Of a DNA stretch of 64,000 bases, positions 44,515 through 55,302 are shown one piece after another. The translations under genes and the position numbers were made by a program. Source of the DNA: Candidatus Aminicenantales bacterium. Lineage in GTDB: Bacteria; Acidobacteriota; Aminicenantia; Aminicenantales; UBA4085. Location: positions 15,797 through 79,796 of the forward strand of contig JBAVVD010000095.1 of assembly GCA_049697115.1 (NCBI GenBank), in the 5' to 3' direction. Numbering within the stretch: the first letter of the stretch is position 1; every line of letters starts with the position of its first letter. Under the pieces are notes generated by a model. It made no database searches. It worked only from the letters and a program-made list of their open reading frames with translations, and was not told the origin of the DNA.

Positions 44515-46452
44515 TCAGCTCTTCTTGTCTTTGTCTTCGTCCACAACCTCGGCATCTATGACATCGCCCTCGGCCGTGTCCGAAGAGCGACTGGCTTCCT
44601 GGTTCTGAGAGGAAGATTGCTGCTGGGCTTCACTCTGTTGGGCCTGCTGCTGAGAAGCTTGCTGGTACATGATTTCCGTCAGTTTATGCGAAGCCTGAGA
44701 GAGAGACTCCATGGCTTTCTTGATTTTCTCGAGGTCTTCACTCTCTATCGCCTTTTTTGTATTTTCAATCTCTGCCTTTACGCGATCAGCCTCCTGTTGG
44801 GGAATCTTGTCCTTGTTTTCCTTGAGGAGTTTCTCCAGGCTGTAGACGAGCTGATCGGCCTGGTTCTTGGCATCAATGACTTCCCTTCTCTTTTTGTCTT
44901 CTGAGGCGTGAGCTTCAGCCTCTTTGACCATCCCATCTATTTCTTTATCATCCAGGCCGCTGTGGCCGGTGATGGTGATGGCCTGGTGTTTTCCAGTGCC
45001 AATGTCCTTGGCCGAGACATGGAGAATCCCATTGGCATCAATGTCAAAGGTCACTTCAATCTTGGGGACTCCGCGCGGGGCAGGTGGAATGCCGTCGAGA
45101 TGGAACCGCCCCAGAGTCCGGTTATACGAAGCCATCTCTCTTTCGCCCTGAAGGACATGGATTTCAACGCTCGGTTGGTTGTCCGAAGCTGTGGAAAAAA
45201 TTTCCGCCTTCTTTGTCGGAATGGTTGTATTTCGGGGGATCATCTTGGTAAAAACTCCGCCCAATGTTTCAATGCCAAGAGTGAGCGGCGTAACATCCAG
45301 AAGAAGGACATCCTTGACATCCCCGGCCAAAACAGCTCCCTGTATGGCGGCTCCGACAGCCACCACTTCATCCGGATTGACTCCCTTGTGAGGCTCCCTG
45401 CCGAAAAGCTCCTTGACCAACTGATGAATTTTTGGCATGCGGGTCTGTCCGCCGACAAGAATCACCTCATCGATGTCTTCAGGTTTCATATTGGCATCGG
45501 CCAAAGCCTGCTTGCAGGGTGTCATTGACCTCTGAATAAGTTTTTCCGTCAGCTGCTCCAATTTGGCTCTGGTCAGCTTCATCAAGAGATGTTTGGGCCC
45601 AGAAGCATCGGCTGTGACAAAGGGGAGGTTAATCTCCGTCTCCATAGTTGTGGAAAGCTCAATTTTAGCCTTTTCAGCGGCCTCTTTGAGCCTCTGCAGA
45701 GCCATTTTATCTTTGGTCAGGTCAATCCCTGATTCTTTTTTGAACTCGGCCACAATCCAGTCCTGAACGAGCTGGTCGATGTCGTCACCTCCCAGATGGG
45801 TATCCCCATTTGTGGACTTAACCTCAACCACGCCTTCTCCGACTTCCAGAATAGAGATATCAAATGTCCCGCCGCCAAAGTCATAAACGGCGATTCTCTG
45901 GTCTTTCTTTTTATCCATCCCGTAGGCCAGGGCTGCAGCGGTCGGCTCGTTGATTATTCTCACCACCTCCAGCCCGGCAATAGTTCCGGCGTCTTTGGTG
46001 GCTTTCCGCTGGCTGTCGTTGAAATAGGCCGGCACTGTAATCACGGCCTTTTCGACTTTCTCTCCCAGATAATCTTCAGCCGCTTTTTTGAGTTTCTGAA
46101 GGATCATAGCCGAAATTTCGGGAGGTGAATACTTTTTTCCCAGAGCTTCGATCCGGACATCTCCATTGGAATCTTCGTTGACCTTGAATGGCACCTGTTT
46201 GATTTCCCCTGGAACTTCCTTGTAGCGACGCCCCATGAATCTTTTTATCGAATAAATAGTATTTTCAGGATTGGTAATTCTCTGTCTCTTGGCAACCTGT
46301 CCAACCAGTCTTTCACCCTTGGGAGTAAACGCCACAACTGAAGGTGTAGTCCTGCCCCCTTCTTCATTGGGGATAACAACAGGATTATCGCCATCCATCA
46401 AAGCGACAACTGAGTTTGTTGTACCCAGGTCAATTCCTATTATTTTAGCCAT
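44515..46452 (-). CDS. dnaK: Molecular chaperone DnaK (Hsp70)
   Basis: [18 protein letters not shown] and the complete Hsp70 architecture. Confidence 0.95.
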   Translation of the reverse strand: MAKIIGIDLGTTNSVVALMDGDNPVVIPNEEGGRTTPSVVAFTPKGERLVGQVAKRQRITNPENTIYSIKRFMGRRYKEVPGEIKQVPFKVNEDSNGDVRIEALGKKYSPPEISAMILQKLKKAAEDYLGEKVEKAVITVPAYFNDSQRKATKDAGTIAGLEVVRIINEPTAAALAYGMDKKKDQRIAVYDFGGGTFDISILEVGEGVVEVKSTNGDTHLGGDDIDQLVQDWIVAEFKKESGIDLTKDKMALQRLKEAAEKAKIELSTTMETEINLPFVTADASGPKHLLMKLTRAKLEQLTEKLIQRSMTPCKQALADANMKPEDIDEVILVGGQTRMPKIHQLVKELFGREPHKGVNPDEVVAVGAAIQGAVLAGDVKDVLLLDVTPLTLGIETLGGVFTKMIPRNTTIPTKKAEIFSTASDNQPSVEIHVLQGEREMASYNRTLGRFHLDGIPPAPRGVPKIEVTFDIDANGILHVSAKDIGTGKHQAITITGHSGLDDKEIDGMVKEAEAHASEDKKRREVIDAKNQADQLVYSLEKLLKENKDKIPQQEADRVKAEIENTKKAIESEDLEKIKKAMESLSQASHKLTEIMYQQASQQQAQQSEAQQQSSSQNQEASRSSDTAEGDVIDAEVVDEDKDKKS

Positions 46453-46543
46453 TTTTGCCTCCTATTTTAGTCATCTAATAATATATTATTTGAGTATAGC
46501 TTTGTCAACTATATTTTAATAATTCATCTATACTGAAGAAAAA

Positions 46544-47182
46544 TTACCTGGAAGGGATAATCAAGCAACCCTTTTTTTCCAGAAAAGACCAAAACAAGGC
46601 TTTGGCATCCTTTTCGCTGGCCATAAGCACGTCTATTTCCGTGAATTTTCTCTTCTTTGCGGACTGCCAGAGTGTCTTTAAAGGCAAGAATGCATACCAT
46701 CTCACATTCTTTCCGAAATTTCTCAGCTTTGAGAAAAAATTCGATGTCTTCTGCCTTATTGAAATCCGAATGCCCTCCTCCAGAGAAATAATGTATGAAG
46801 AAGGCATGTCTTTCAGCTCGAATACATCCAGTTCAAAAGACTTTTTTTCGTCATTTTTGCCGGGCATAATTTTCTTTCTTTTGGGCGGGAACCAGGCGCT
46901 TTTTTTGATCAAAGAATACGGCTGACATGAGAGAGGGTCTCCCCAGAATTTAATTCTACTGATTTCCCATTTCCTGAGGACCAGACCTTTCGCCTTAATT
47001 TGTATACTCTTTTCGTCCAGGTCAAATACAACGTATGTGGAAGTTCTTCTCGCCAGGAGAAGCTCGGCTTCGAGTAATTGATTCCCCCTGATTATTTCTC
47101 CCCTTTCCATTTCAAAGGCGGACATTCCGGCCGCGAGCGTCATCCACAGACCAAAAAATATTATAATGGACTTAATGCGCAT
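46544..47182 (-). CDS. Hypothetical secreted protein
   Basis: N-terminal signal peptide. No family motif. Confidence 0.3.
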   Translation of the reverse strand: MRIKSIIIFFGLWMTLAAGMSAFEMERGEIIRGNQLLEAELLLARRTSTYVVFDLDEKSIQIKAKGLVLRKWEISRIKFWGDPLSCQPYSLIKKSAWFPPKRKKIMPGKNDEKKSFELDVFELKDMPSSYIISLEEGIRISIRQKTSNFFSKLRNFGKNVRWYAFLPLKTLWQSAKKRKFTEIDVLMASEKDAKALFWSFLEKKGCLIIPSR

Positions 47183-47189
47183 TGGAAGA

Positions 47190-47837
47190 TTAATAAATAA
47201 AAACCTTTGTCCCTATGGTCGTCATCCGAAAGATATACTTTAAATCTTCATCACAGACACGAATACAGCCATGAGTCACATTTCTCCCCAGAAGCCGCGT
47301 ATACAGTGTGCCATGAATGAAATATCCTTCACCAAAACCCAGGGCAAAATCTCCCAGTGAGTCATAGTCAATCCTCTCATCATATTTTTTTGGAAGCTCC
47401 TCTCCCTCTTCTATGAACGCCCAATCGGGCTTGATCCAGGTGGGATCGACCAATTTTGATCGGATTATAAATTCTCCCCGGGGAGTATCAAAGACCCATT
47501 TTCTTTTGCCTCCCGGCTCTTCAAGGACATCCCCACTCCCGCAGGAAACTACCGCTTCCCGAAGGACGTGACTTCCCTTTTTGATATATATTTTATTTTC
47601 TCCTGTATCAATGACAAGATATATTCCTCTGGGAGAAAGGACTTTCATTCTGTTTTTCAAAGTGCGGTTCTTTGTTTTCAGGGCTTTCATGCTAAAATCC
47701 GCCATTTCCTGGCTGAGGACAGGATTCTTCCATTGAAAAATCTTCTGTCTGCCGATGAGATATCCAACCGTCTCTATGGCAAAAAATATGAGAACTGCTC
47801 CTGAAAACAGGATCAGCCGTCTCTTTCTGGCCATCAC
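47190..47837 (-). CDS. L,D-transpeptidase (YkuD domain)
   Basis: Catalytic HGT…THGCIRV motif. N-terminal TM/signal. Confidence 0.7.
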   Translation of the reverse strand: MMARKRRLILFSGAVLIFFAIETVGYLIGRQKIFQWKNPVLSQEMADFSMKALKTKNRTLKNRMKVLSPRGIYLVIDTGENKIYIKKGSHVLREAVVSCGSGDVLEEPGGKRKWVFDTPRGEFIIRSKLVDPTWIKPDWAFIEEGEELPKKYDERIDYDSLGDFALGFGEGYFIHGTLYTRLLGRNVTHGCIRVCDEDLKYIFRMTTIGTKVFIY

Positions 47838-48941
47838 TCAAAAATCTTTAAGATCCGTCAAGATCGAGTTATCAACGGTCAGTGCTCCAACGATAGTCAC
47901 AGAGGTTCCCACATCCACAAGTCGGAAAAGTTCATCCATGACCTCATTCTCAACAGCAATACATCCTTGAGTCAGGCTGTCCTTTCCTCCTCCATGGATC
48001 TCTATCAGACCGCCAATGCTTGCCTGAGCCGGAAGCAGCCCGTTCTTTTTTGCCCGGGCAAAATTTTTTATGTCTTCTTGATTAGGATAGTTGATCAACA
48101 AAGCTTTGTAATACCGGCTATTATATATTTTTTTTATTATCTTATAGTTACCCTCAGGAGTGGCGTCATCTCCCGAATTCAGTTTATCCGATAATCCGTA
48201 TCGTCCCAAACCGATCTCGTAGGCGGCAATCGGTTCTCCTCCTCTGTAAAGGGTGAGTTTCCTCTCCAGTTTATTCACAATAATGACCAGGCTCTTTTTC
48301 CGTTTGGATTCCAGAATTGTGTCCATGGCCCAAGTTTGCCACTTCTCCAGTTGGCGCCTGTCCATATATCGATTGAGAACTAAAAGAAAGGCCTCTTCCG
48401 CCTGTCTGATGTATACATCGGCAGCAGCAATACCGGCAGCCGCAAGATTAAATTCTTCTTTCACCACCAATGTCTCTGCCTCTTTAATTTTGACTTCAGC
48501 CTGGGAAAGATTTTTCCGGATCAACTGACTTTCGTTGATGGATAAAGTGGCTTCCTTGAGCGTGAGGACTCTCTTTCTCAGTGCGGTAATCTGCGCATAA
48601 AGACGGTTTTCGATGTTGTTTTTTTGTTTTCTGATGGATTCAAGTATTTTCCTTCCCTTTTCAAGAGTCTTCCGGAGATTTTCCTGGAGGGGACGGTAAT
48701 TCCTGAACCAGCCGAATCTTGCCTTTTCTCTGCCAAGATGTATTTTAGCTTCTTTAAGAAGGGCTCTATACCCGTCATATTCCTCGGCGGCGTAGAGAGA
48801 AGCGCCGGCCCTCCAGAGGATATCCTCAAGGTCAACCGCCTCCTGGAACTCTGAAGGGACCGGCGGAACTTTACATCCAGCAAGAATGAGGCTCAACAGA
48901 AACAGCAGAATCCAGTGTCTTGTCAAAATCCGCTTCAACAA
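47838..48941 (-). CDS. L,D-transpeptidase-family protein with N-terminal coiled-coil region
   Basis: C-terminal IEIHGGG…TQGCIAVEN YkuD catalytic motif. Signal peptide. Confidence 0.7.
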   Translation of the reverse strand: MLKRILTRHWILLFLLSLILAGCKVPPVPSEFQEAVDLEDILWRAGASLYAAEEYDGYRALLKEAKIHLGREKARFGWFRNYRPLQENLRKTLEKGRKILESIRKQKNNIENRLYAQITALRKRVLTLKEATLSINESQLIRKNLSQAEVKIKEAETLVVKEEFNLAAAGIAAADVYIRQAEEAFLLVLNRYMDRRQLEKWQTWAMDTILESKRKKSLVIIVNKLERKLTLYRGGEPIAAYEIGLGRYGLSDKLNSGDDATPEGNYKIIKKIYNSRYYKALLINYPNQEDIKNFARAKKNGLLPAQASIGGLIEIHGGGKDSLTQGCIAVENEVMDELFRLVDVGTSVTIVGALTVDNSILTDLKDF

Positions 48942-48983
48942 AAAAGCTTTCGCTTCACGGATTTGTTCGGACTCTCAGCTCGT

Positions 48984-49574
48984 TTATTTTTTCTTAATTT
49001 TTTCGATGGCGGCCTTGACCTGGTCGCTGATGGCCACTGCTTTTTCCTTAATCGTATTGGCTTTTCCAGCCGCTCCGATATAATCCTGGGAATCAATGGC
49101 CGTTTGAATCTCAGCGAACGCCGCTTCAACACCCGAAAGGTCAGCTGTCAGAGCTTCGATGTCCTTCTTTGTTCCTTTGCCCTTGGGAGCCTGCTCCAGC
49201 AGAGCCTTGGCCTCGGCAATCGCCGCTTGGGCTTCTGACTGGAGGGTGATGGCATTATTTTTGGCGGCTTCAATTTTCGCCGGCAGAGCGGCTTTCATGG
49301 CTTCGGCATCGGCTTTCACCGCAGCCAGTATTTCTTTAGATTTCCCGAATTTCTTGAAAAATTTTTGATCCTGAGTATTGACCTCATCTAGAGCTACCGT
49401 CAAGTCATCATTCAGCTTCTTGAGCTCTTCAACAGCGTAGAGGTCCGCTCCGGCCTTGGTCACGTCATTGACAGCCGCTTTGGCTTCGTCCATCATTTTA
49501 GTGGGCTGTTTACAGCCAGAAAAAACAAGGGCAATCGCCAAAAGCAAAACAAGATTTTTCAAAGTCCCTTTCAT
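48984..49574 (-). CDS. Alanine/lysine-rich alpha-helical lipoprotein (DUF4398-like)
   Basis: Lipobox LVFSGC after the internal start MKGTLKN (track ORF begins at 49610). Repetitive A/K/E-rich helices. Confidence 0.45.
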   Translation of the reverse strand: MKGTLKNLVLLLAIALVFSGCKQPTKMMDEAKAAVNDVTKAGADLYAVEELKKLNDDLTVALDEVNTQDQKFFKKFGKSKEILAAVKADAEAMKAALPAKIEAAKNNAITLQSEAQAAIAEAKALLEQAPKGKGTKKDIEALTADLSGVEAAFAEIQTAIDSQDYIGAAGKANTIKEKAVAISDQVKAAIEKIKKK

Positions 49575-49812
49575 TGATTTCCTCTCCTTTCTGTTTATAT
49601 TTATTTCCATCAGATCTCTCTGCCAGTCTAAGTATTCTGGCGATTCTCACCTCCTTTTTCACTCGATGCACGAATACCCGTATTCAATCATCTGGAAATA
49701 CTATTTTTGCTGTGATGAATGCTTTCGTTTATTCGGATGCCTCTGTTATCTCTCTATACTCACCAATTCTTGAAATTCTGCCGGCTCGACTTCTTTTGCT
49801 TTTCTCCTCTTT

Positions 49813-51159
49813 TTATGCGTCAGGATCAATGATGTATTTTTCTTCCATTAACATCCGGACTTGTTCTCTGGACTGCTTGATTATAGATTCGGCCAGCTTG
49901 AATCGCTCCTCGGCCGTAGCTTTTTTTCTGGCCACGCCCTGCTCAATCCCCTTTGATCCCACTGCAACCGCCTCTCTCGTAAAGACTTCCCATTCGTCCA
50001 TATTGGGGATAATATATTCCTCATGAATGCCTTTGTCCTGGGCCACCTTGGCCAATTCATTGGCCGCTTCGATGCACATCTCATCTGTAATTTGAATGGC
50101 CCGAATATCAAGAGCACCCCTGAAAATTCCGGGGAATCCCAGCGAATTATTGACCTGATTCGGGAAATCCGACCGGCCGGTGGCCACAATCCGCGCTCCG
50201 GCTTCTTTGGCTTCCCAGGGCCAGATTTCAGGGACCGGATTGGCCTGGGCAAAGACAATCGCATCTTTGGCCATGGTTTTCACCCATTCCTTCTTGATTA
50301 TTCCAGGGCCCGGCTTTGAAGCGGAAATCAGTACATCCGCGCCATTAAGGGCATCCGGAATATCCCCTTTGATCTGTTGCGCATTGGTCGTCAAGCAGAG
50401 GTTCCATTTCTCCTTGTAGCGGGTCTGGAGAGTCTCGCGGTCTCCCCTGTCGCGGTGAAGAATCCCTCTTGAATCAACGGCAATGATATTGCCCGGTGTT
50501 GCTCCGGCTGTTATCAGCAGCCTGGAAATGGCGATATTGGCAGCTCCGGCCCCCACCTGAACAATTTTGACATCTTTCATCTTTTTATTGACAATTTTCA
50601 AAGCATTGATCAAGCCGGCCACAGTGACACAGGCTGTGCCCTGCTGGTCGTCATGCCAGACTGGAATTTCACATTCTTTCCTCAGCGTGTCCAGAATGTG
50701 AAAGCATTTGGGATGGGATATATCCTCCAGGTTGATACCGCCGAAAGTGGGCTGGAGGGCTTTGACGATATAGATGAACTTTTCCGGGTCCTTTTCACTA
50801 AGGCAGATGGGGAAGGCATCCACGCCCCCTAAATACTTATAGAGAAGGGCCTTGCCTTCCATGACGGGAAGGCCCGCCTCAGGGCCAATGTCTCCCAGTC
50901 CCAGGACTCTTGAACCGTCAGAAATCACGGCCACGAAATTCCACTTGTTGGTCATTTCATAGGCCTTTTCCTTGTCTTTTTGAATCTCCTTGCAGACAGC
51001 GGCCACACCCGGCGTATACCAGATGGCAAAGTCATTGAAATCTCTGATCCGGCACTTGAGTGTGACACCGACTTTTCCTTTATAATACGCATGAAGACGA
51101 AGAGCATCTTTCGAAGGTTGTTCAGCTTTGGCCAACAACTCTTCTACTGAAACTTTCAT
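49813..51159 (-). CDS. NAD(P)-dependent malic enzyme
   Basis: Malic enzyme N-domain plus NAD-binding GAGAANIAI Rossmann motif. About 450-aa short form. Confidence 0.85.
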   Translation of the reverse strand: MKVSVEELLAKAEQPSKDALRLHAYYKGKVGVTLKCRIRDFNDFAIWYTPGVAAVCKEIQKDKEKAYEMTNKWNFVAVISDGSRVLGLGDIGPEAGLPVMEGKALLYKYLGGVDAFPICLSEKDPEKFIYIVKALQPTFGGINLEDISHPKCFHILDTLRKECEIPVWHDDQQGTACVTVAGLINALKIVNKKMKDVKIVQVGAGAANIAISRLLITAGATPGNIIAVDSRGILHRDRGDRETLQTRYKEKWNLCLTTNAQQIKGDIPDALNGADVLISASKPGPGIIKKEWVKTMAKDAIVFAQANPVPEIWPWEAKEAGARIVATGRSDFPNQVNNSLGFPGIFRGALDIRAIQITDEMCIEAANELAKVAQDKGIHEEYIIPNMDEWEVFTREAVAVGSKGIEQGVARKKATAEERFKLAESIIKQSREQVRMLMEEKYIIDPDA

Positions 51160-51338
51160 AATATATTACCTCCTTCTTATCAAAAAACATTATTATATTC
51201 TTTTCCCCTACAAAGTCAACGACGATTCATTCCTGAGTCAACCTTGGAGACAGACCTTCCGCACCCGAGAAAAAAGAAAAAAATGCATGAGCCCTTCTGT
51301 TTTTGATTTTTGCCTGAACTTATCTGGAAACTGTTCCC

Positions 51339-52196
51339 TTATGGCTTTGAAAGGGGCTGGAACTCGTATTTATTGGCCGCTTTCCGGACACGGCCGAAAT
51401 AATGAGCCGAATCGTGCACAAAGGCCATCACCCAGTCTTCCTCAATCGCTTGGTCGTAGAACCGTTTTTTAGTCTTCAGGGTTTCCAGAGGGTAAAGGTC
51501 GTAGCTCATGACATAGGCCAGGCGGACATGGGCCGATGTGGGAACCAGGTCACCGAGATAAAAAAGGACCCTTCCCATGGATTTGATCTTGACGCACTGG
51601 TGATGGGCGGTGTGGCCCGGAGACAGAACAACCTCCACTCCATCGGCGATTTCCGTATCGCCATCAACCAGAAGGAGCTGGCCGGCTTTCTCCAGAGGGA
51701 GAAAATTCTCCCGGATGTAACTGGCCTTGTCCCGCTCATTGGGATTGAGGGCATCCTCCCATTCCCCTTTCTGGATGACATACCGAGCCTGAGGGAAAGT
51801 GGGGACGATTATCCCATCCTCGCCCTTCATCGTGTTCCCGCCGCTGTGGTCAAAATGGAGATGGGTGTTGACGACGAGGTCGATATCTTCCGGCCGGACT
51901 CCGAGCTCGCGGAGAGACGGAACCAGCCCGGGCTCCTGTTCCACGGAATACAGGCCTGAAAACTTCTGGCCGAATTTGGACCCTATGCCTGTTTCAATAA
52001 GAATCAAGTCTTTGGGCGTCCGTATAAGAAGGGAATTCAGAGCCAGCCGGATTCTGTTGGCACTGTCCGAGGGATACTTCTTTTCCCACAGGATTTTGGG
52101 CACAACACCGAACATGGCTCCCCCATCCAGGTGGAAATAACCGTCGCTGATTCCATAGACTTTCAGGTCCCCCAGAGAGAATTCTTCGATTCTCAT
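51339..52196 (-). CDS. MBL-fold metallo-hydrolase
   Basis: HxHxDH motif NTHLHFDHSGGN. Start overlaps the nuoI stop by 4 nt. Confidence 0.7.
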   Translation of the reverse strand: MRIEEFSLGDLKVYGISDGYFHLDGGAMFGVVPKILWEKKYPSDSANRIRLALNSLLIRTPKDLILIETGIGSKFGQKFSGLYSVEQEPGLVPSLRELGVRPEDIDLVVNTHLHFDHSGGNTMKGEDGIIVPTFPQARYVIQKGEWEDALNPNERDKASYIRENFLPLEKAGQLLLVDGDTEIADGVEVVLSPGHTAHHQCVKIKSMGRVLFYLGDLVPTSAHVRLAYVMSYDLYPLETLKTKKRFYDQAIEEDWVMAFVHDSAHYFGRVRKAANKYEFQPLSKP

Positions 52197-52711
52197 TTCA
52201 GGAGTCTGTCAAGGTCGAGCACCAGGTCCGGACGGGAATATTGGGCCAGTTCGATAGTTCCCGTATCCATCCGGATGGCATCCTCCGGACAGGCCTCCAC
52301 GCAGAAACCGCAAAAACAGCACCGGCTGATGTCGATCGTAAACCGGGCGGGATACTTCTGGATTTCGGGGTCAGGATCTTCGACCGCTTCCACATAGATG
52401 CATTCCGAAGGACAGACCGTGACGCAAAGCATGCAGCAGACGCAGCGGGGCTTGCCGTCGTCTCTCTTCATGAGTCGGTGAAGGCTCCTGTGCCTGGAAG
52501 CCAGCTCCTTCTTCTGTTCGGGATACTGAATGGTCACGGCGCCTTTCCTTTTTGTCTTGATGCCGAAGACATTCAGCGTGTGAAAGAACATGTTGACGAA
52601 AAAATGCCTGGCGGTGATCCAGCTTCCCCTGATGAGTTCCAGAAAATATCCGAGTGCTTTGAACATGTTATCTCGCCAATAAAATAATTCCTGTTCCGAT
52701 AATATTGACAA
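52193..52711 (-). CDS. nuoI: NADH-quinone oxidoreductase subunit I
   Basis: Two Cx2Cx2Cx3CP motifs (CVCCMLCVTVCP, CCFCGFCVEACP). Confidence 0.85.
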   Translation of the reverse strand: MSILSEQELFYWRDNMFKALGYFLELIRGSWITARHFFVNMFFHTLNVFGIKTKRKGAVTIQYPEQKKELASRHRSLHRLMKRDDGKPRCVCCMLCVTVCPSECIYVEAVEDPDPEIQKYPARFTIDISRCCFCGFCVEACPEDAIRMDTGTIELAQYSRPDLVLDLDRLLK

Positions 52712-53744
52712 GGCTCAGCGGGACGAGCAGCTTCCAGCCGAGATCCATGAGCTGGTCGTAGCGGAGCCTGGGATAGGTCCACCGGATGAGCACCTGAAGC
52801 CAGCAGAAAAAGAACACCTTAAGATTGAACGCCGCGACTTGAAGCCCCACGACAAGCCATCGGGCCATCAGCCACTCTCCTCCCCAGGGAAAATGAAATC
52901 CGTCAGAACAGAGCCATGGCACCTGCCAGCCTCCGAAAAAGAGCGTTGTCAGAAGCGTGGAGATGATGATGATTTCCATGAAATCCGTCATCATAAAAAG
53001 GCCCCATTTAAGACCTCCGTACTCGGCGAAGAAGCCGATGATTTCCGACTCCCCCTCGGGAAGGTCAAAGGGGACTCTCTTGGTCTCCGCCAGGGCGGCA
53101 AACAGAAAAATGAGGAATCCAAGAGGCTGGAGGAAAATTCCCCACTTGGGGAGGAAGCCAAAGAGCAGGTTTCCTTGCGCCTGAACGATCTGGGAGAGCT
53201 TCAGGGAGGGATATACCATGATCAGCCCGATAAGCGAAAGGCCCAAGGCCACTTCATAGGAAATGAGCTGGGCCGCACCCCGGATTCCGCCCAGAAGAGT
53301 GAACCTGTTGTTGGAAGCCCAGCCGCTGATTATGATGCCGTAGATCCCCAGCGACAGCATGGCCAGCACAAAAAGCAGTCCCACATGAAAGTCCAGAATC
53401 TGGAGAGCGATGGCGCGGCCGCCGATGTGAATCGTGTCGCCGAAAGGAATGGCGGAAATGGTCACAGCCACGAAAAAGAACGATAGGAATGGAGCGAGCG
53501 TATGCAGGAATTTCCTGGAAAAGGTCGGCACAAAATCCTCTTTAAAAATCATTTTAATGGCATCGGCGAACGGCTGAAACAGACCCAGAATGCGAATACC
53601 TAAAATGGAGGCCCGGTTGGCGCCGATGCGGTCCTGAATAACCGCGCTCTCCTTTCTCTCCACCCACGTCAAGTAGAGGGTGAGGGTTAAAAACCAGACC
53701 AGGGCCAGAATGATCTTGATCAGAATGATGACGACGTCAATCAT
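52668..53744 (-). CDS. nuoH: NADH-quinone oxidoreductase subunit H
   Basis: Polytopic membrane protein with conserved NuoH/ND1 blocks (…RIGANRASILG…, GWASNN…). Confidence 0.85.
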   Translation of the reverse strand: MIDVVIILIKIILALVWFLTLTLYLTWVERKESAVIQDRIGANRASILGIRILGLFQPFADAIKMIFKEDFVPTFSRKFLHTLAPFLSFFFVAVTISAIPFGDTIHIGGRAIALQILDFHVGLLFVLAMLSLGIYGIIISGWASNNRFTLLGGIRGAAQLISYEVALGLSLIGLIMVYPSLKLSQIVQAQGNLLFGFLPKWGIFLQPLGFLIFLFAALAETKRVPFDLPEGESEIIGFFAEYGGLKWGLFMMTDFMEIIIISTLLTTLFFGGWQVPWLCSDGFHFPWGGEWLMARWLVVGLQVAAFNLKVFFFCWLQVLIRWTYPRLRYDQLMDLGWKLLVPLSLVNIIGTGIILLAR

Positions 53745-55296
53745 TGGTCTCGCTAAAAAAAGGAATCTCTCTTTGGAGAGCCTGGAATACCGCCTCCGGG
53801 TTTGAAAACCGTTGATAATACCTGAAATTGATTTTCAATTCCTTGGCTAAGGACGCCAGCATCTCCCATTCCGGCCGACTTTCCGAGCGGGGATCGAGCG
53901 CGGCGGAAAACCTCTGGATAATTCCCTTTGTATTGGTCAGAGAGCCGCTCTTCTCTGTAATGAGGGCTGTGGGACATACGAAATCCACCACGGACTCAAG
54001 GCCGCTGAGATGGGAAGTAAACAGAAATTTCGACCCGATTTGATCCAGGACCAAATGAAGATCCGTCAGGCGAAATGTGTCCGTGAGAAACGGGCCGAAG
54101 ATCAGGAGCAAATCTGTCTCATGGGCCAATGCTTCCAACCGGACCTCTTTTAAGTCGAATCCGATTTCTATCGCTCCCTTTCGATTCGGGCTGTGCTCGG
54201 CCTGGAGTAAAAACCCGTCGCTTGTTCCCGGCTTCGGGTCGGCAAAAAAGACTTTTTCCAGCTTCAGATCGTCCAGGAACAGCTTCTTGATAAGAAACAG
54301 CTCTTCATTGGAAAGCAAGGAGGTGAGGACCAGGCCGATCCGGGAGGTCTTTTTCATGAAGTGGAGCGTCCGGATTTTTTCGGTAAGCGCGCCCAGGATT
54401 TTCTCCCAGGTGAGGATCGTTTCTCCCTCCTCTTTGTTCATCACGAATTTCTCGCACCGGTTCTTCTCCAGATAGGCGGTATTGTACCGGCCGATGTCAC
54501 AGATCCAGTGGTCGTTAACATCCAGATTTTCACGGGCCCTGATCCGGTAGACTTTTTTTGTTTCCGGGAGACGCGGAAAGCCCGGATGGTGTTCGACGTA
54601 TATATTGCACCCGCGGCTGCAGAGAGGACAGATGGATTCGCCTTTGACCAGGAACCAGGACCGCGTTTTGAACCGGAAATCCGTGTCGGTGATGGCTCCT
54701 ACAGGACAGAGCTCAGCCAGATTCCCGGAATAATTGTTATCCACCAATGCTTCCTCGAGAGTTCCGATTTCAGAGTGGATTCCTCTTTCGAAGACGCCGA
54801 GCTCACGGGTTTTTGTGATACCGGCCAAGAACCTCACGCAGCGCGTGCACAGGATGCAGCGCTCCCTGTCCAGGAGCAGCCGTCTTCCGATCAGGATTTT
54901 CTTCTCTTTTTTCTCCTTGAGCTCCCTAAAGGCGCTTTCAAAAAGCCCGTATTCATCATAATAATCCTGAAGCTTGCACTCACCGGCCTTGTCGCAGATA
55001 GGGCAGTCCAGAGGATGCTCGGCCAAAAGGAACTCCAGAACGCTCTGCCGCGCCGAGCGCACGCGCTCGTTCTGTGTCGCAATCTTCATGCCCTCCCTGA
55101 CTACAGTGGCACAGGCCAGCTCAAGCTTGGGCATGCCTTCAATCTCGACCAGGCACAGCCGGCAGCTGCCTTCGGGAATGAAGGCCGGATGATAGCAGAG
55201 GTGAGGAATGAAAATCCCGGCCTGTTGGGCGGCATTAAGGACGGTTGCGCCCTCCTTAACCTGCAGGCCTATGTCATCTATGAAAATTTTAACCAT
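53737..55296 (-). CDS. nuoG: NADH-quinone oxidoreductase subunit G (short form, 519 aa)
   Basis: N-terminal 2Fe-2S (CYHPAFIPEGSCRLC), HxxxCxxCxxxxxC (HPLDCPICDKAGEC) and CILCTRCVRF clusters. The C-terminal domain is much reduced compared with about 900-aa NuoG proteins. Confidence 0.8.
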   Translation of the reverse strand: MVKIFIDDIGLQVKEGATVLNAAQQAGIFIPHLCYHPAFIPEGSCRLCLVEIEGMPKLELACATVVREGMKIATQNERVRSARQSVLEFLLAEHPLDCPICDKAGECKLQDYYDEYGLFESAFRELKEKKEKKILIGRRLLLDRERCILCTRCVRFLAGITKTRELGVFERGIHSEIGTLEEALVDNNYSGNLAELCPVGAITDTDFRFKTRSWFLVKGESICPLCSRGCNIYVEHHPGFPRLPETKKVYRIRARENLDVNDHWICDIGRYNTAYLEKNRCEKFVMNKEEGETILTWEKILGALTEKIRTLHFMKKTSRIGLVLTSLLSNEELFLIKKLFLDDLKLEKVFFADPKPGTSDGFLLQAEHSPNRKGAIEIGFDLKEVRLEALAHETDLLLIFGPFLTDTFRLTDLHLVLDQIGSKFLFTSHLSGLESVVDFVCPTALITEKSGSLTNTKGIIQRFSAALDPRSESRPEWEMLASLAKELKINFRYYQRFSNPEAVFQALQREIPFFSETND

Positions 55297-55302
55297 TGTC
55301 CG

